Of a DNA stretch of 64,000 bases, positions 7,660 to 16,468 are shown piece after piece. Source of the DNA: Flavobacteriales bacterium (GTDB lineage Bacteria > Bacteroidota > Bacteroidia > Flavobacteriales_E > Vicingaceae); contig PALM01000014.1 of assembly GCA_002706365.1 (NCBI GenBank), forward strand, positions 11,220 to 75,219, in the 5' to 3' direction. The position numbers and the translations under genes are program-made. Numbering within the stretch: the stretch's first letter is position 1; each line of letters begins with the position of its first letter. The notes under the pieces are model-generated. The model was given only the letters and a program-made list of their open reading frames with translations, was not told the origin of the DNA and ran no database searches.

Positions 7660-8709
7660 ATGGAAGCAGAACAGTCAAATGAATCGACTAGTCCCGCAGT
7701 AGCCGCCAATAGCGGTAATGATGTGGATATCAAAGCCTTAAATGAAAAGATAAAGCAAGAAAGTTCCTTTGTGGACATGCTCACAATGGAAATGGACAAG
7801 GTGATCGTTGGCCAGAAATATATGGTTGAACGCTTACTTGTTGGTTTACTTTCAGACGGACATATCCTTCTCGAAGGGGTTCCTGGACTGGCAAAAACAC
7901 TTGCTATCAATACTCTTGCAAGTGCTGTAAAAGCCGACTTCAGTCGAATTCAATTCACCCCTGACCTTCTTCCTGCCGATTTGGTAGGAACCATGATCTA
8001 TTCTCAGAAAAAAGAAGAATTCAGCATTAAGAAGGGACCGATCTTTGCCAATTTCGTATTGGCAGATGAGATCAACCGTGCACCTGCTAAAGTGCAGTCG
8101 GCCTTGCTTGAAGCCATGCAGGAAAAGCAAGTGACTATCGGGGAAACTACTTTTGAGCTGCCAAAGCCTTTCCTAGTGCTTGCTACTCAAAACCCAGTTG
8201 AGCAAGAAGGAACCTACCCTCTTCCAGAGGCGCAGGTTGACCGTTTCATGCTGAAAGTGGTTCTGGATTACCCTAAGAAGGAAGAAGAACGATTAATCAT
8301 TCGTCAGAATCTTGCAAAAGATGGAATGCCAAAAGCAAAAGCGATTCTAAAACCGGAAGATATTCTTAAAGCTAGAAGTGTAGTGAGAGAAGTATATATG
8401 GACGAGAAGATCGAGAAGTATATCGTGGATATTGTTTTCGCCTCTCGTAATCCTGAGGACTACAATCTATCAAAACTCAAGGATCTGATCACATTTGGTG
8501 GTTCTCCTCGTGCGAGTATAAGTCTGGCACTTGCCGCTAAAGCTTATGCCTTTATCAAAAGAAGAGGCTATGTGATCCCTGAAGATGTTCGCGCTGTGGC
8601 AAAAGATGTGCTTCGTCACCGTATTGGCTTGAGTTATGAGGCTGAAGCTGAGAATGTGACCTCAGAGCAGATCGTAGATGAAATTTTAAATGCAGTAGAG
8701 GTACCTTAA
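7660..8709 (+). CDS. MoxR-family AAA+ ATPase
   Basis: Walker A GVPGLAKT and Walker B VLADEINR, of AAA_3 type. First gene of the aerotolerance-type operon. Start moved to the ATG at 7660. Confidence 0.9.
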   Translation: MEAEQSNESTSPAVAANSGNDVDIKALNEKIKQESSFVDMLTMEMDKVIVGQKYMVERLLVGLLSDGHILLEGVPGLAKTLAINTLASAVKADFSRIQFTPDLLPADLVGTMIYSQKKEEFSIKKGPIFANFVLADEINRAPAKVQSALLEAMQEKQVTIGETTFELPKPFLVLATQNPVEQEGTYPLPEAQVDRFMLKVVLDYPKKEEERLIIRQNLAKDGMPKAKAILKPEDILKARSVVREVYMDEKIEKYIVDIVFASRNPEDYNLSKLKDLITFGGSPRASISLALAAKAYAFIKRRGYVIPEDVRAVAKDVLRHRIGLSYEAEAENVTSEQIVDEILNAVEVP

Positions 8710-8719
8710 TCTCAAGAGC

Positions 8720-9610
8720 TTGTCAACTAACTCTCAAAATACGCAGGACCTCTTAAAGAAAGTCCGCAAGATCGAAATCAAAAGTCGCGGTCTCTCCAAT
8801 CAGATCTTCTCCGGAGAGTACCACTCGGCCTTTAAAGGAAGAGGTATGGCTTTTAGCGAAGTGCGCGACTATCAAATTGGGGATGAGATACGCACCATCG
8901 ACTGGAATGTAACTGCTCGTTTCAATACGCCTTATGTAAAGGTGTTCGAAGAAGAACGCGAGATGACAGTTATGCTTCTAGTAGATGTAAGTGGCTCCAA
9001 GGATTTTGGATCAACATCTCAATTCAAACAGGAGTTGGTGACCGAGATCTGCGCTGTTTTGGCCTTTTCTGCCATCAATAACAATGATAAAGTGGGTGTC
9101 CTCTTCTTTAGTGATCAAGTTGAGAAGTTCATCCCTCCAAAGAAGGGAAAGAGTCATATTCTTATGATCATAAGGGAGCTGCTCGATTTCCAACCTGAGC
9201 ATAAAGGCACTAATATCAAAGAAGCACTGAAGTATTTCAGTCGTGCTATCAAGAAACGCTCAACTGCATTCTTGATCTCCGACTTCCTAGATCAGGATTT
9301 TCAAGATGAATTGAAGATCGTAAATAGAAAACACGACTTGGTAGCTCTGCAAATTCACGATCAAAGGGAAAGTGAAATGCCAAATGTTGGATTGATACAG
9401 CTGATCGATCCCGAAAGTGGAGCGGTTAAGTGGATGGACAGCAGTTCAAAGAGGAACAGAACATTGTACAGAGAAGCTGCAATTAAGCAACAAGCAATGA
9501 TACATGAAGCCATGCTGAGATCAGGTGTGGATCACTGCAAGATCGCAACCCATCAGTCATATGTTGCCCCATTGATGAACCTATTCAAAAGAAGGGAGTC
9601 GAGAAGATGA
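8720..9610 (+). CDS. DUF58 domain protein (vWA-like)
   Basis: DYQIGDEIRTIDWNVTAR motif, then LLVDVSGS. TTG start. The stop overlaps the next start (ATGA). Confidence 0.85.
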   Translation: MSTNSQNTQDLLKKVRKIEIKSRGLSNQIFSGEYHSAFKGRGMAFSEVRDYQIGDEIRTIDWNVTARFNTPYVKVFEEEREMTVMLLVDVSGSKDFGSTSQFKQELVTEICAVLAFSAINNNDKVGVLFFSDQVEKFIPPKKGKSHILMIIRELLDFQPEHKGTNIKEALKYFSRAIKKRSTAFLISDFLDQDFQDELKIVNRKHDLVALQIHDQRESEMPNVGLIQLIDPESGAVKWMDSSSKRNRTLYREAAIKQQAMIHEAMLRSGVDHCKIATHQSYVAPLMNLFKRRESRR

Positions 9611-10719
9611 TGAGGTATTTAAAACATATCATCCTTCCATTGATCTGCTTGATCTTCTTGAAGCTTTCTGCCCAGGAAGTGAGTGTAGTGCTAAAAGACA
9701 GACAGATCAAGATTGGAGAGCAAACCACAATTGAGCTAAGCTTGCGGTCTACAGCTGATGGACAAATGGTTCAGTTTCCAAAGCTAATGGACACCATAAG
9801 TGCTCAAATTGAGATCTTGGAAGTCTCTGAAATAGATACCGCATATGATGAGAAAGACATTTCCATCCGAATATTAAGTCAGACCATTACCATCACATCT
9901 TGGGATAGCGGCTTTCACCCTATTCCTCCTTTCATTTTCTTTTTGGGCGATGAAAGGCTTGAAACAAAGCCCGATTTATTGGAAGTGACCACAGTTTCAA
10001 TTGAGGCGGAATCCGACATAAAGGATATTAAAAAGATCATGGAAGTCCCCTTCTCACTGTGGGATTGGATCTTAGTCCACAAGTATTGGTTCATGACTGG
10101 TTTAGCTCTTATTGTGCTGACAATCATTGCCATTATACTGATCAAGAAATTTAAGAGATCTAAGCCCGATGAAGAAGTTGTGGTTCCTAAGGAAGAAGCA
10201 GATGTAGTAGCCATTAAACAACTAAAAGCCCTTGAAGCTGCCGAACTATGGCAAAAAGGAAATATCAATAAGTACTATACTGAGCTCTCTCACATCTTAA
10301 GGGAATATCTGGAAAATCGTTTTATGCTATCAGCTTTAGAAAAGACTACTGATGAAATTGAGATGCTGCTGAAATACCACAAAGAAGTTGAGGCCAAGCA
10401 TAGAGAGCAGTTTACAGAATTAATGCAGCTCTGCGATATGGCAAAGTTTGCAAAGCAAGAACCGTTGGCTTCTGAGAATGAATATGCCTTAGAGTTCGCA
10501 TATAAGTTTGTTGATAATACGAAGATGGTTGTAGAAGAAAAATCTGAAATCAGAGATCAGAAATCGGAAATTGAATTAGTGGAAAATAATGCCGGACTCG
10601 GCCATTTATCCTCCGAAGCCTTGGCGAAGGAGGATCGGCAATCGGCCTCAGAAAAAGCTAATCAAGCCAATGGCCAGGTAATAAAAGAGGCAGAAGATAA
10701 AGAGGATAAGAAAATATGA
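9607..10719 (+). CDS. Bat-operon membrane protein (third-gene position, DUF4381-like) with N-terminal BatD-like domain and repeat-derived acidic tail
   Basis: Signal peptide, one central TM helix (WFMTGLALIVLTIIAIILI) and a conserved-looking region ...CDMAKFAKQEP. The last 70 or so aa are low complexity (EKSEIRDQKSEIE...). The stop overlaps the batA start. Confidence 0.6.
   Translation: MMRYLKHIILPLICLIFLKLSAQEVSVVLKDRQIKIGEQTTIELSLRSTADGQMVQFPKLMDTISAQIEILEVSEIDTAYDEKDISIRILSQTITITSWDSGFHPIPPFIFFLGDERLETKPDLLEVTTVSIEAESDIKDIKKIMEVPFSLWDWILVHKYWFMTGLALIVLTIIAIILIKKFKRSKPDEEVVVPKEEADVVAIKQLKALEAAELWQKGNINKYYTELSHILREYLENRFMLSALEKTTDEIEMLLKYHKEVEAKHREQFTELMQLCDMAKFAKQEPLASENEYALEFAYKFVDNTKMVVEEKSEIRDQKSEIELVENNAGLGHLSSEALAKEDRQSASEKANQANGQVIKEAEDKEDKKI
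10537..10571. repeat. Period-7 array inside a CDS: AAAAATC TGAAATC AGAGATC AGAAATC GGAAATT (reverse complement of the GATTTCN units)
   Basis: Read directly. It has the same unit family as 7085..7112 and 16404..16431 in opposite orientation, and it encodes EKSEIRDQKSEI. Confidence 0.8.
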
Positions 10720-11723
10720 TCCGCTGGTGGAACGACATACAATTTGCGAATCCTGAGCTATTTGTCCTTTTTGCAGTAGTTCCGCTTCTGCTATTGGCCT
10801 ATATCATGAAATTGAGAAAGTCAAAAGCCTCAGTTCGGCTATCGACTTTTGTTTTTATACCAACTTCAAGTGGAGACCTTAAAGTAAAAGCTCGTCATTT
10901 GCCCTACATCCTTGGCCTGGTAGGCATTTCTGCATTGATCGTTGCCTTAGCTCGACCACAATCTTCTTTGAGCTGGCAAGATGTGACCACAGAGGGAATT
11001 GACATAGTAATGACAATGGATATCTCTGGTTCCATGCTGGCAGAGGATCTGAAGCCAAATCGATTAGAAGCCTCAAAGGAGGTGGCGATGGAGTTTATCA
11101 ATGGCAGACCAAATGATCGCATTGGCTTGGTCACTTTTAGTGGAGAAAGTTTTACTCAGGCACCATTAACAACGGACCATGCAGTATTAAAGAATCTTTT
11201 CAAGGATGTGAAGAACGGTATGGTAGAAGATGGAACAGCCATTGGAATGGGCTTGGCTACTGCAGTAAACCGACTGAGAGAGTCGGATGCGAAAAGCAGG
11301 GTGGTAATCCTACTCACAGATGGTTCTAATAATAGGGGTTCTGTGCCACCACTCACCGCAGCCGAGATTGCCCGAGAGTTTGGCGTTAGAGTGTATACCA
11401 TTGGAGTTGGAACAAACGGTCTTGCCCCCTACCCTTACAGAACATCATTTGGAACGATCTCTTACCAGAAATTAGAGGTTAAGATCGATGAAGAAAGCCT
11501 TACCAAGATTGCCAATATGACTGGTGGAAGATATTATAGAGCCACCAACAACAGAAGTCTGGAGGCGATCTATGAAGAGATCGATCAATTGGAGAAATCC
11601 AAGATCGAAGTAACGGAATATCGTAAGAAGAAAGAAGAATTTTTACCCTTTGCACTTATCGCTGCAGCTTGTTTTATGCTGCAGTTTGCATTGGATCACA
11701 CCCTATTAAGAAGCTTGAATTAG
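10716..11723 (+). CDS. batA: vWA-domain membrane protein BatA
   Basis: N-terminal TM helices, vWA MIDAS motif DISGSM, C-terminal TM helix. Position in the moxR-DUF58-bat operon. Confidence 0.8.
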   Translation: MIRWWNDIQFANPELFVLFAVVPLLLLAYIMKLRKSKASVRLSTFVFIPTSSGDLKVKARHLPYILGLVGISALIVALARPQSSLSWQDVTTEGIDIVMTMDISGSMLAEDLKPNRLEASKEVAMEFINGRPNDRIGLVTFSGESFTQAPLTTDHAVLKNLFKDVKNGMVEDGTAIGMGLATAVNRLRESDAKSRVVILLTDGSNNRGSVPPLTAAEIAREFGVRVYTIGVGTNGLAPYPYRTSFGTISYQKLEVKIDEESLTKIANMTGGRYYRATNNRSLEAIYEEIDQLEKSKIEVTEYRKKKEEFLPFALIAAACFMLQFALDHTLLRSLN

Positions 11724-12755
11724 ATGTATAGGATAGAACATGATTGGGCATTGTGGCTATTGGCATTGATTCCGCTAATGCTAATTGCTTGGTGGTTGAT
11801 CCAAAGATGGAAAAGATCAGCTAGGGAGCGTTTTGCCGATAGCAAATTGATGACGCAATTGATGCCCAGACATTCAGCCGTGAAAACAGCCTGGAAATTT
11901 GTCTTTTTTCTGATTGCCTGCTTATTCCTTGTATTGGGAATTGCAAATCCTCAGATAGGAACTAAGCTTGAGGAAGTAAAAAGAGAAGGTATCGATCTTA
12001 TCATTGCATTAGATGTCTCGAATAGTATGATGGCAGAAGACCTTTCGCCTAACCGACTAGAGAGAGCGAAGAGAGCGATGCTTCAATTGTTAGACGAATT
12101 GCATTCAGATCGAATAGGGATCATCGTCTTTGCCGGAGAAGCATACACTCAATTACCGGTTACTACTGACTATGCAGCTGCAAAATTGTTTTTGAACACA
12201 GTAGATACAGATGTGGTTCCAACACAAGGAACCGCAATTGGTGCTGCTATAGAATTGGCAGAAGACTCCTATAATTTTGAAGATGGGGGCAATAAAGCGC
12301 TGATCATTGTAACAGATGGAGAAAACCATGAGGATGATGCCATACAAGCTAGTAGAGAAGCTGCTGAAAGTGGAATACGCATTTTTACAGTAGGTATGGG
12401 TTCACCAAATGGAGCTCCGATTCCAATTATTCAAAATGGCCGTCAAACAGGCTTTAGACAAGACAAAGAAGGGAATACGGTTGTAAGTAGTTTGAATGAA
12501 GATATGCTCAGAGAAATTGCCGGGATCGGGAATGGTTCATACATAAGAGCCACAAATTCATCCTTGGGCTTTGAACGCATATTGGATCAATTGAGCGGTT
12601 TAGAGAAGAATGAATTTGAAAGTCAAGTTTACACTGATTACGAAGATCGTTTTCAGTTCTTTATAGGAGCGGCCTTTTTCTTCTTCTTTCTCTCTATGAT
12701 CATGGGAGAAAAGAAAAGCAAGTGGAAAGAACGAATTAATCTATTTGAATCATGA
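11724..12755 (+). CDS. batB: vWA-domain membrane protein BatB
   Basis: Paralogue of batA (MIDAS DVSNSM), with N-terminal TM helices and a C-terminal TM helix. Confidence 0.8.
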   Translation: MYRIEHDWALWLLALIPLMLIAWWLIQRWKRSARERFADSKLMTQLMPRHSAVKTAWKFVFFLIACLFLVLGIANPQIGTKLEEVKREGIDLIIALDVSNSMMAEDLSPNRLERAKRAMLQLLDELHSDRIGIIVFAGEAYTQLPVTTDYAAAKLFLNTVDTDVVPTQGTAIGAAIELAEDSYNFEDGGNKALIIVTDGENHEDDAIQASREAAESGIRIFTVGMGSPNGAPIPIIQNGRQTGFRQDKEGNTVVSSLNEDMLREIAGIGNGSYIRATNSSLGFERILDQLSGLEKNEFESQVYTDYEDRFQFFIGAAFFFFFLSMIMGEKKSKWKERINLFES

Positions 12756-13489
12756 GTATGGTGAAGCAATTTATATTCGTATTGTGCTTTATTCCTGCTG
12801 TTATGCTGGCTCAGTCTGCTTATCAGGATGTGAGAGATGGTAATCAAAGCTATCTCAATAATCAATTTGATGAGTCGATCCATCAATATAGAGCAAGCAT
12901 TAGCAAAGAGGAAAAACCGATTCAAGGATTCTATAATCTCGGTAATGCCTATTACCGTCAGGGAAACTTCAAAGAAGCTACTGAGTACTTCAAAATGGCT
13001 GCCGATAGAGCAGAAAACAAAGAAGACAAAGCAAAAGCATACCACAATCTGGGAAATTCATTCTTCAAGCAAAAGGAATTGGAGAAAAGTATTCAGGCAT
13101 ATAAGCAAGCCCTACTCAATCAACCAAATGATGAAGAGAGTCGCTATAATCTAGCATATGCTCAGAAAATGCTTCAGCAGCAACAACAGCAACAACAGCA
13201 GCAACAGCAAGAACAAGAGCAAGAGGAGCAAGAGCAAGAGCAAGAAGAACAGGAACAAGAACAAGAACAAGAGCAAGAGCAACAGCAAGAGCAACAGCAG
13301 GAACAAGAACAGCAGCAACAAGACCAACAAAAAGAGCAACAGCAACAGCAGCAACAAGAACAACAGGTTTCTAGGGATGATGCTGAACGAATACTGGAAG
13401 CTTTGAACAATAAAGAGAAAGAGGTTCAAGAGAAGTTGAAGAAGAAAAAAGGCAAGTCGGTGAACGTAGACATTGAAAAAGACTGGTAA
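12752..13489 (+). CDS. batC: TPR protein BatC with a 64-residue Q/E tract
   Basis: Signal peptide, TPR units (YNLGNAYYRQGNFKEA, YHNLGNSFFKQKELEKS), then QQQQ/EQEQ low complexity. Position after batB. Confidence 0.7.
   Translation: MSMVKQFIFVLCFIPAVMLAQSAYQDVRDGNQSYLNNQFDESIHQYRASISKEEKPIQGFYNLGNAYYRQGNFKEATEYFKMAADRAENKEDKAKAYHNLGNSFFKQKELEKSIQAYKQALLNQPNDEESRYNLAYAQKMLQQQQQQQQQQQQEQEQEEQEQEQEEQEQEQEQEQEQQQEQQQEQEQQQQDQQKEQQQQQQQEQQVSRDDAERILEALNNKEKEVQEKLKKKKGKSVNVDIEKDW
13175..13366 (+). repeat. Imperfect trinucleotide (CAG/CAA/GAA/GAG) tract
   Basis: 192 nt made almost only of CAR/GAR codons, in frame within batC. It explains the poly-L, poly-C and poly-S/N artefact ORFs in the other frames. 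Confidence 0.9.
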
Positions 13490-15279
13490 TGAAGAAGTTG
13501 ATAGTATTCATATCGACCTTTTTACTAGCTGTGGAGCTAATTGCTAGTGCTGTTAGCTTCAAGGCAGAGCTCAGCCATTCAAAGGTGGCAGTGGGACAGC
13601 GTTTTCGCATCACATTTACCGTAAATGCCAGTGGAGGAAACTTTACGGCCCCTAGATTCGACAATTTCAGAGTACTATCAGGTCCTAACCAGAGTAATCA
13701 GATGCAATATGTAAACGGCAAGGTTAGCCGTCAATATTCCATCAGCTACATATTGGTGGGCACTAAAGTGGGCAAGTTTGAAATTGGTCCTGCGGTGATC
13801 ACCAGTGATGGAGATAAGATCGAAAGTAATATAGTTGAGATTGAAGTTGTTGAAGAACTGAGTGGCAATGCAGCTCAGAATCAGCGTGATGCACAGAGGA
13901 ATCAAGCTGCAGATGAACTAAGTAAATATATTTTCATCAAAGCATTCATCGATAAGAAGTCGGCCTATGTTGGTGAGAAAATGACACTCACATACAAGCT
14001 CTACACTCGTCTTGGAATGCGCTCACTCAATCTTGAAAAACTACCTGACTTCAATGGTTTTTGGACCTCTGATTTGATGAAGGATCAGCCTAGACTGGAA
14101 ACGGAATATATTAATGGAGAGGTCTATCAAACAGCCGTGATCAATCAATATTTGCTCTATCCACAACGTGCAGGTAATTTGACCATTGATCCACTTTCAA
14201 TGAATGCAGTGGTTCAAGTTCGCGGAAGAAACAGCAGATCGGCCTTTGAAGCCTTCTTTGGTTCTTATGAAACCAAGGAGCTCACCTTGAATAGTCCATC
14301 TATAAAAGTTGACATCAAAGCTCTACCTAAATTCAGCGGTGATGGTGAATTCTCAGGTGCTGTGGGTAAGTTTGATGTGAAGATCAGCAGTAACAAACAA
14401 GAGCTAAAGGCCAATGAAGCCATCGATCTTCGTTATGAAATCACTGGAAATGGCAATTTACCATTGATTGGCGCCCCGGAATTGAACTTTCCACCCGACT
14501 TAGAAGCCTATGATCCTGAGACCACGAATAATTTCAGTAGTTCAGCTGGAGGATCATCTGGCAAGAAGCTCTTCAATTACTTGCTCATCCCAAGACATAA
14601 AGGAAAGTATGTAATTGAACCACATGCATTTACCTATTTCGATCTAGAGAGCAAAAGGTATAAGACCTTGTATACCGACAGTCTGGCCTTTGATGTGAAG
14701 AAAGGAGATGAAGAGGCCAATGTGGTTTATGAATCAAATCGCCGCAAGGAAGATGTGGAGATACTGGAGAATGATATCCGCTTCATTCACTTGAACCAAT
14801 TAAGTCTTTTAGATCAGAGTGAAAGCTTTTGCGGATCCACAACATTTTACATCTGCATACTTGCATTATTACTATTGGCAGTCCTGCTCTACTTCATTTC
14901 AAAGAAATACAAAGCACAGCAATCCGACCTAGTGGGTCGCAGGAAATCAAGAGCGAAGAAACTCGCCAAAAAACGATTGTCGAAAGCATTAAAATTCAAA
15001 GATGCCGGTGAAGATTCTGCATTCTATCAGGAAATTGGAGATGCACTTTATGGCTATTACGCCGATAGGTATAATATGGGCATGGCTGACCTTTCAATTG
15101 AAGTCCTTCTAGATAAACTAAGATCCGAGGGAGCTTCAGAAGACTTGCTCAAAATGCTGAATGAATGCATAGAACAAGTAGACATTGCTCGTTATGCTCC
15201 AGGATCAGCCATAGCTACAGAAGAACTTTACAAGCAAGCATTGAATATCATAGAACAAACAGAAGCATTGGGACGATGA
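13489..15279 (+). CDS. batD: BatD-like oxygen-tolerance protein
   Basis: Signal peptide, large extracytoplasmic region, TM helix near residue 465 and a helical C-terminal domain. Position after batC. The start overlaps the batC stop by 1 nt. Confidence 0.75.
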   Translation: MKKLIVFISTFLLAVELIASAVSFKAELSHSKVAVGQRFRITFTVNASGGNFTAPRFDNFRVLSGPNQSNQMQYVNGKVSRQYSISYILVGTKVGKFEIGPAVITSDGDKIESNIVEIEVVEELSGNAAQNQRDAQRNQAADELSKYIFIKAFIDKKSAYVGEKMTLTYKLYTRLGMRSLNLEKLPDFNGFWTSDLMKDQPRLETEYINGEVYQTAVINQYLLYPQRAGNLTIDPLSMNAVVQVRGRNSRSAFEAFFGSYETKELTLNSPSIKVDIKALPKFSGDGEFSGAVGKFDVKISSNKQELKANEAIDLRYEITGNGNLPLIGAPELNFPPDLEAYDPETTNNFSSSAGGSSGKKLFNYLLIPRHKGKYVIEPHAFTYFDLESKRYKTLYTDSLAFDVKKGDEEANVVYESNRRKEDVEILENDIRFIHLNQLSLLDQSESFCGSTTFYICILALLLLAVLLYFISKKYKAQQSDLVGRRKSRAKKLAKKRLSKALKFKDAGEDSAFYQEIGDALYGYYADRYNMGMADLSIEVLLDKLRSEGASEDLLKMLNECIEQVDIARYAPGSAIATEELYKQALNIIEQTEALGR

Positions 15280-16031
15280 GAATTGCAATCAATATGATCT
15301 TGATCTTTCTGGCAAGTTTTCACTTGCAGGCAGAGTCTTCTTTGGATCGTTTCAAAGAGGCTAATGAGCTATATCAGGCAGAAGAGTATGCAAATGCAAT
15401 AAGTATCTATGAATCCATTTTAGAAGAGGGAAAAAGCTCGGCAGACCTTCACTATAATTTGGCCAATGCATACTTCAGAGAGCGCGAAATAGCCAAGGCC
15501 ATTTTACATTATGAAAAAGCCTTGAAGCTAGAACCCACAATGGCAGATGCAAAACACAATTTGGAATTTGCCAACAGTAAGACCATTGATAAGATTGAAA
15601 CACCTGCCAAGATCTTCTTCTATCGTTGGTGGGACTCTATACTTCACGCATGTTCATGCGACACATGGGCCATAATCAGCTTGATCTGTCTGGCCATTGC
15701 AGTATTGGCAATTGGCGGATACTTCTTTATGAGCCTAAGTGGCAGGAAGAAGCTCTTCTTTTACTCTGCAGTCGGCTTTACAGCTATGTTCATACTAAGT
15801 TGGATAATCTCAGCCTCTTATCAAAACAGTTTAGAAAAGAGCAATTACGCAATCATCCTCTCTCCTACTGTAAACATCAATAGCTCTCCCTCTGAAGGAA
15901 GCTCCAAACTCTTTGTCCTTCACGAAGGAACTAAAGTGAAGCTAGGTGAAGAAAGCGGTGATTGGCGCGAGATCAGCCTACCCAATGGCAATGAAGGTTG
16001 GGTGAAGGTTTCTGTTTTAGGAGAAATCTAG
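15276..16031 (+). CDS. batE: BatE-like TPR / SH3 membrane protein
   Basis: ATGA overlap with the batD stop. Signal peptide MRIAINMILIFLASF, TPR units (LHYNLANAYFREREIAKA), 2-3 TM helices, and a C-terminal SH3-like GDWREISLPNGNEGWV. The track start at 15165 is rejected. Confidence 0.7.
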   Translation: MRIAINMILIFLASFHLQAESSLDRFKEANELYQAEEYANAISIYESILEEGKSSADLHYNLANAYFREREIAKAILHYEKALKLEPTMADAKHNLEFANSKTIDKIETPAKIFFYRWWDSILHACSCDTWAIISLICLAIAVLAIGGYFFMSLSGRKKLFFYSAVGFTAMFILSWIISASYQNSLEKSNYAIILSPTVNINSSPSEGSSKLFVLHEGTKVKLGEESGDWREISLPNGNEGWVKVSVLGEI

Positions 16032-16068
16032 TTTTTAGAGCCTAGATTCTAGATTCTAGAACCTAGAC
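16027..16068. repeat. Six-unit period-7 array TCTAGTT TTTAGAG CCTAGAT TCTAGAT TCTAGAA CCTAGAC
   Basis: Read directly. The first unit contains the batE TAG stop (16029-16031). Confidence 0.85.
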
Positions 16069-16403
16069 ATCAAGAGTTCAGGGTATTTAGTGTTGGTCGA
16101 GGCTGGCAAATCTTTTATCAATGAAATCTAGTATAACAAGTCGAATTTCCGATAAAGAGCGATGAATGGAGTTTAGTTCCATGATACCTCTGTGACCTTT
16201 GTGCAGAGCGAAGCGCCTTTGCGCCCCGACGTCTTCTGAGTAATTCCGATTTATCGGGATTGTATCGAAGGATTGTCGGGACTGTGGTAAAAAGCTGATG
16301 AATTTAAATTTTGAAAGCGTGTTTAAGCCCAGAATTAATATGAGAATTCGTTAAAAACTTCAATCCTCTTCAATTGTTTAATCATCATTCAGTTGTCATA
16401 CCA

Positions 16404-16431
16404 TTTCCGATCCCAGATTTCCGATTTCCGA
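16404..16431. repeat. Four-unit period-7 array TTTCCGA TCCCAGA TTTCCGA TTTCCGA
   Basis: Read directly. It ends 13 nt upstream of the candidate ribBA -7 box. Confidence 0.85.
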
Positions 16432-16443
16432 TTTGTTATTAAC

Positions 16444-16451
16444 TAAATTTG
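16444..16451 (+). promoter_or_regulatory. Candidate -7 box TAAATTTG for ribBA
   Basis: TAnnTTTG match 17 nt upstream of the ATG at 16469. Confidence 0.4.
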
Positions 16452-16468
16452 CAACCTAATTAAACGCC

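Noticed and set aside
13151-13429. ORF-track entries 13151..13429(-), 13174..13410(-) and 13158..13406(+), which encode poly-L, poly-C and S/N/K-rich peptides
   Set aside because: They are alternative-frame or antisense readings of the CAR/GAR tract inside batC. Their composition is an artefact of the repeat.
15165-15275. N-terminal extension of batE proposed by the ORF track (similar extensions at 7636, 43549, 44153, 5087, 51941, 26181 and 50637)
   Set aside because: For batE, the extension lies fully inside batD in another frame, and the ATGA-coupled ATG at 15276 yields a proper signal peptide. For the others, the upstream TTG/GTG/ATG lies in or next to a TAnnTTTG box (5087, 7636, 44153, 51941), or a nearby downstream ATG gives a more typical N-terminus (26181, 43549, 50637).
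7660-16031. MoxR AAA+ / vWA gene cluster as a novel defence-like or uncharacterised system
   Set aside because: Gene content and order (MoxR, DUF58, membrane protein, two vWA proteins, TPR, BatD, TPR/SH3) match the Bacteroides aerotolerance (Bat) operon described long ago. Only the repeat-derived tail and the Q/E tract are unusual, and these are reported separately.
16032-16468. Expected FMN (RFN) riboswitch in the long leader of ribBA
   Set aside because: None of the conserved RFN core strings I remember (AGGGTGAAATTCCC-like, GCCGACAGT-like, GGATGGGAGA-like) is present on the plus strand. The region is instead composed of short repeats. A covariance-model scan would be decisive.
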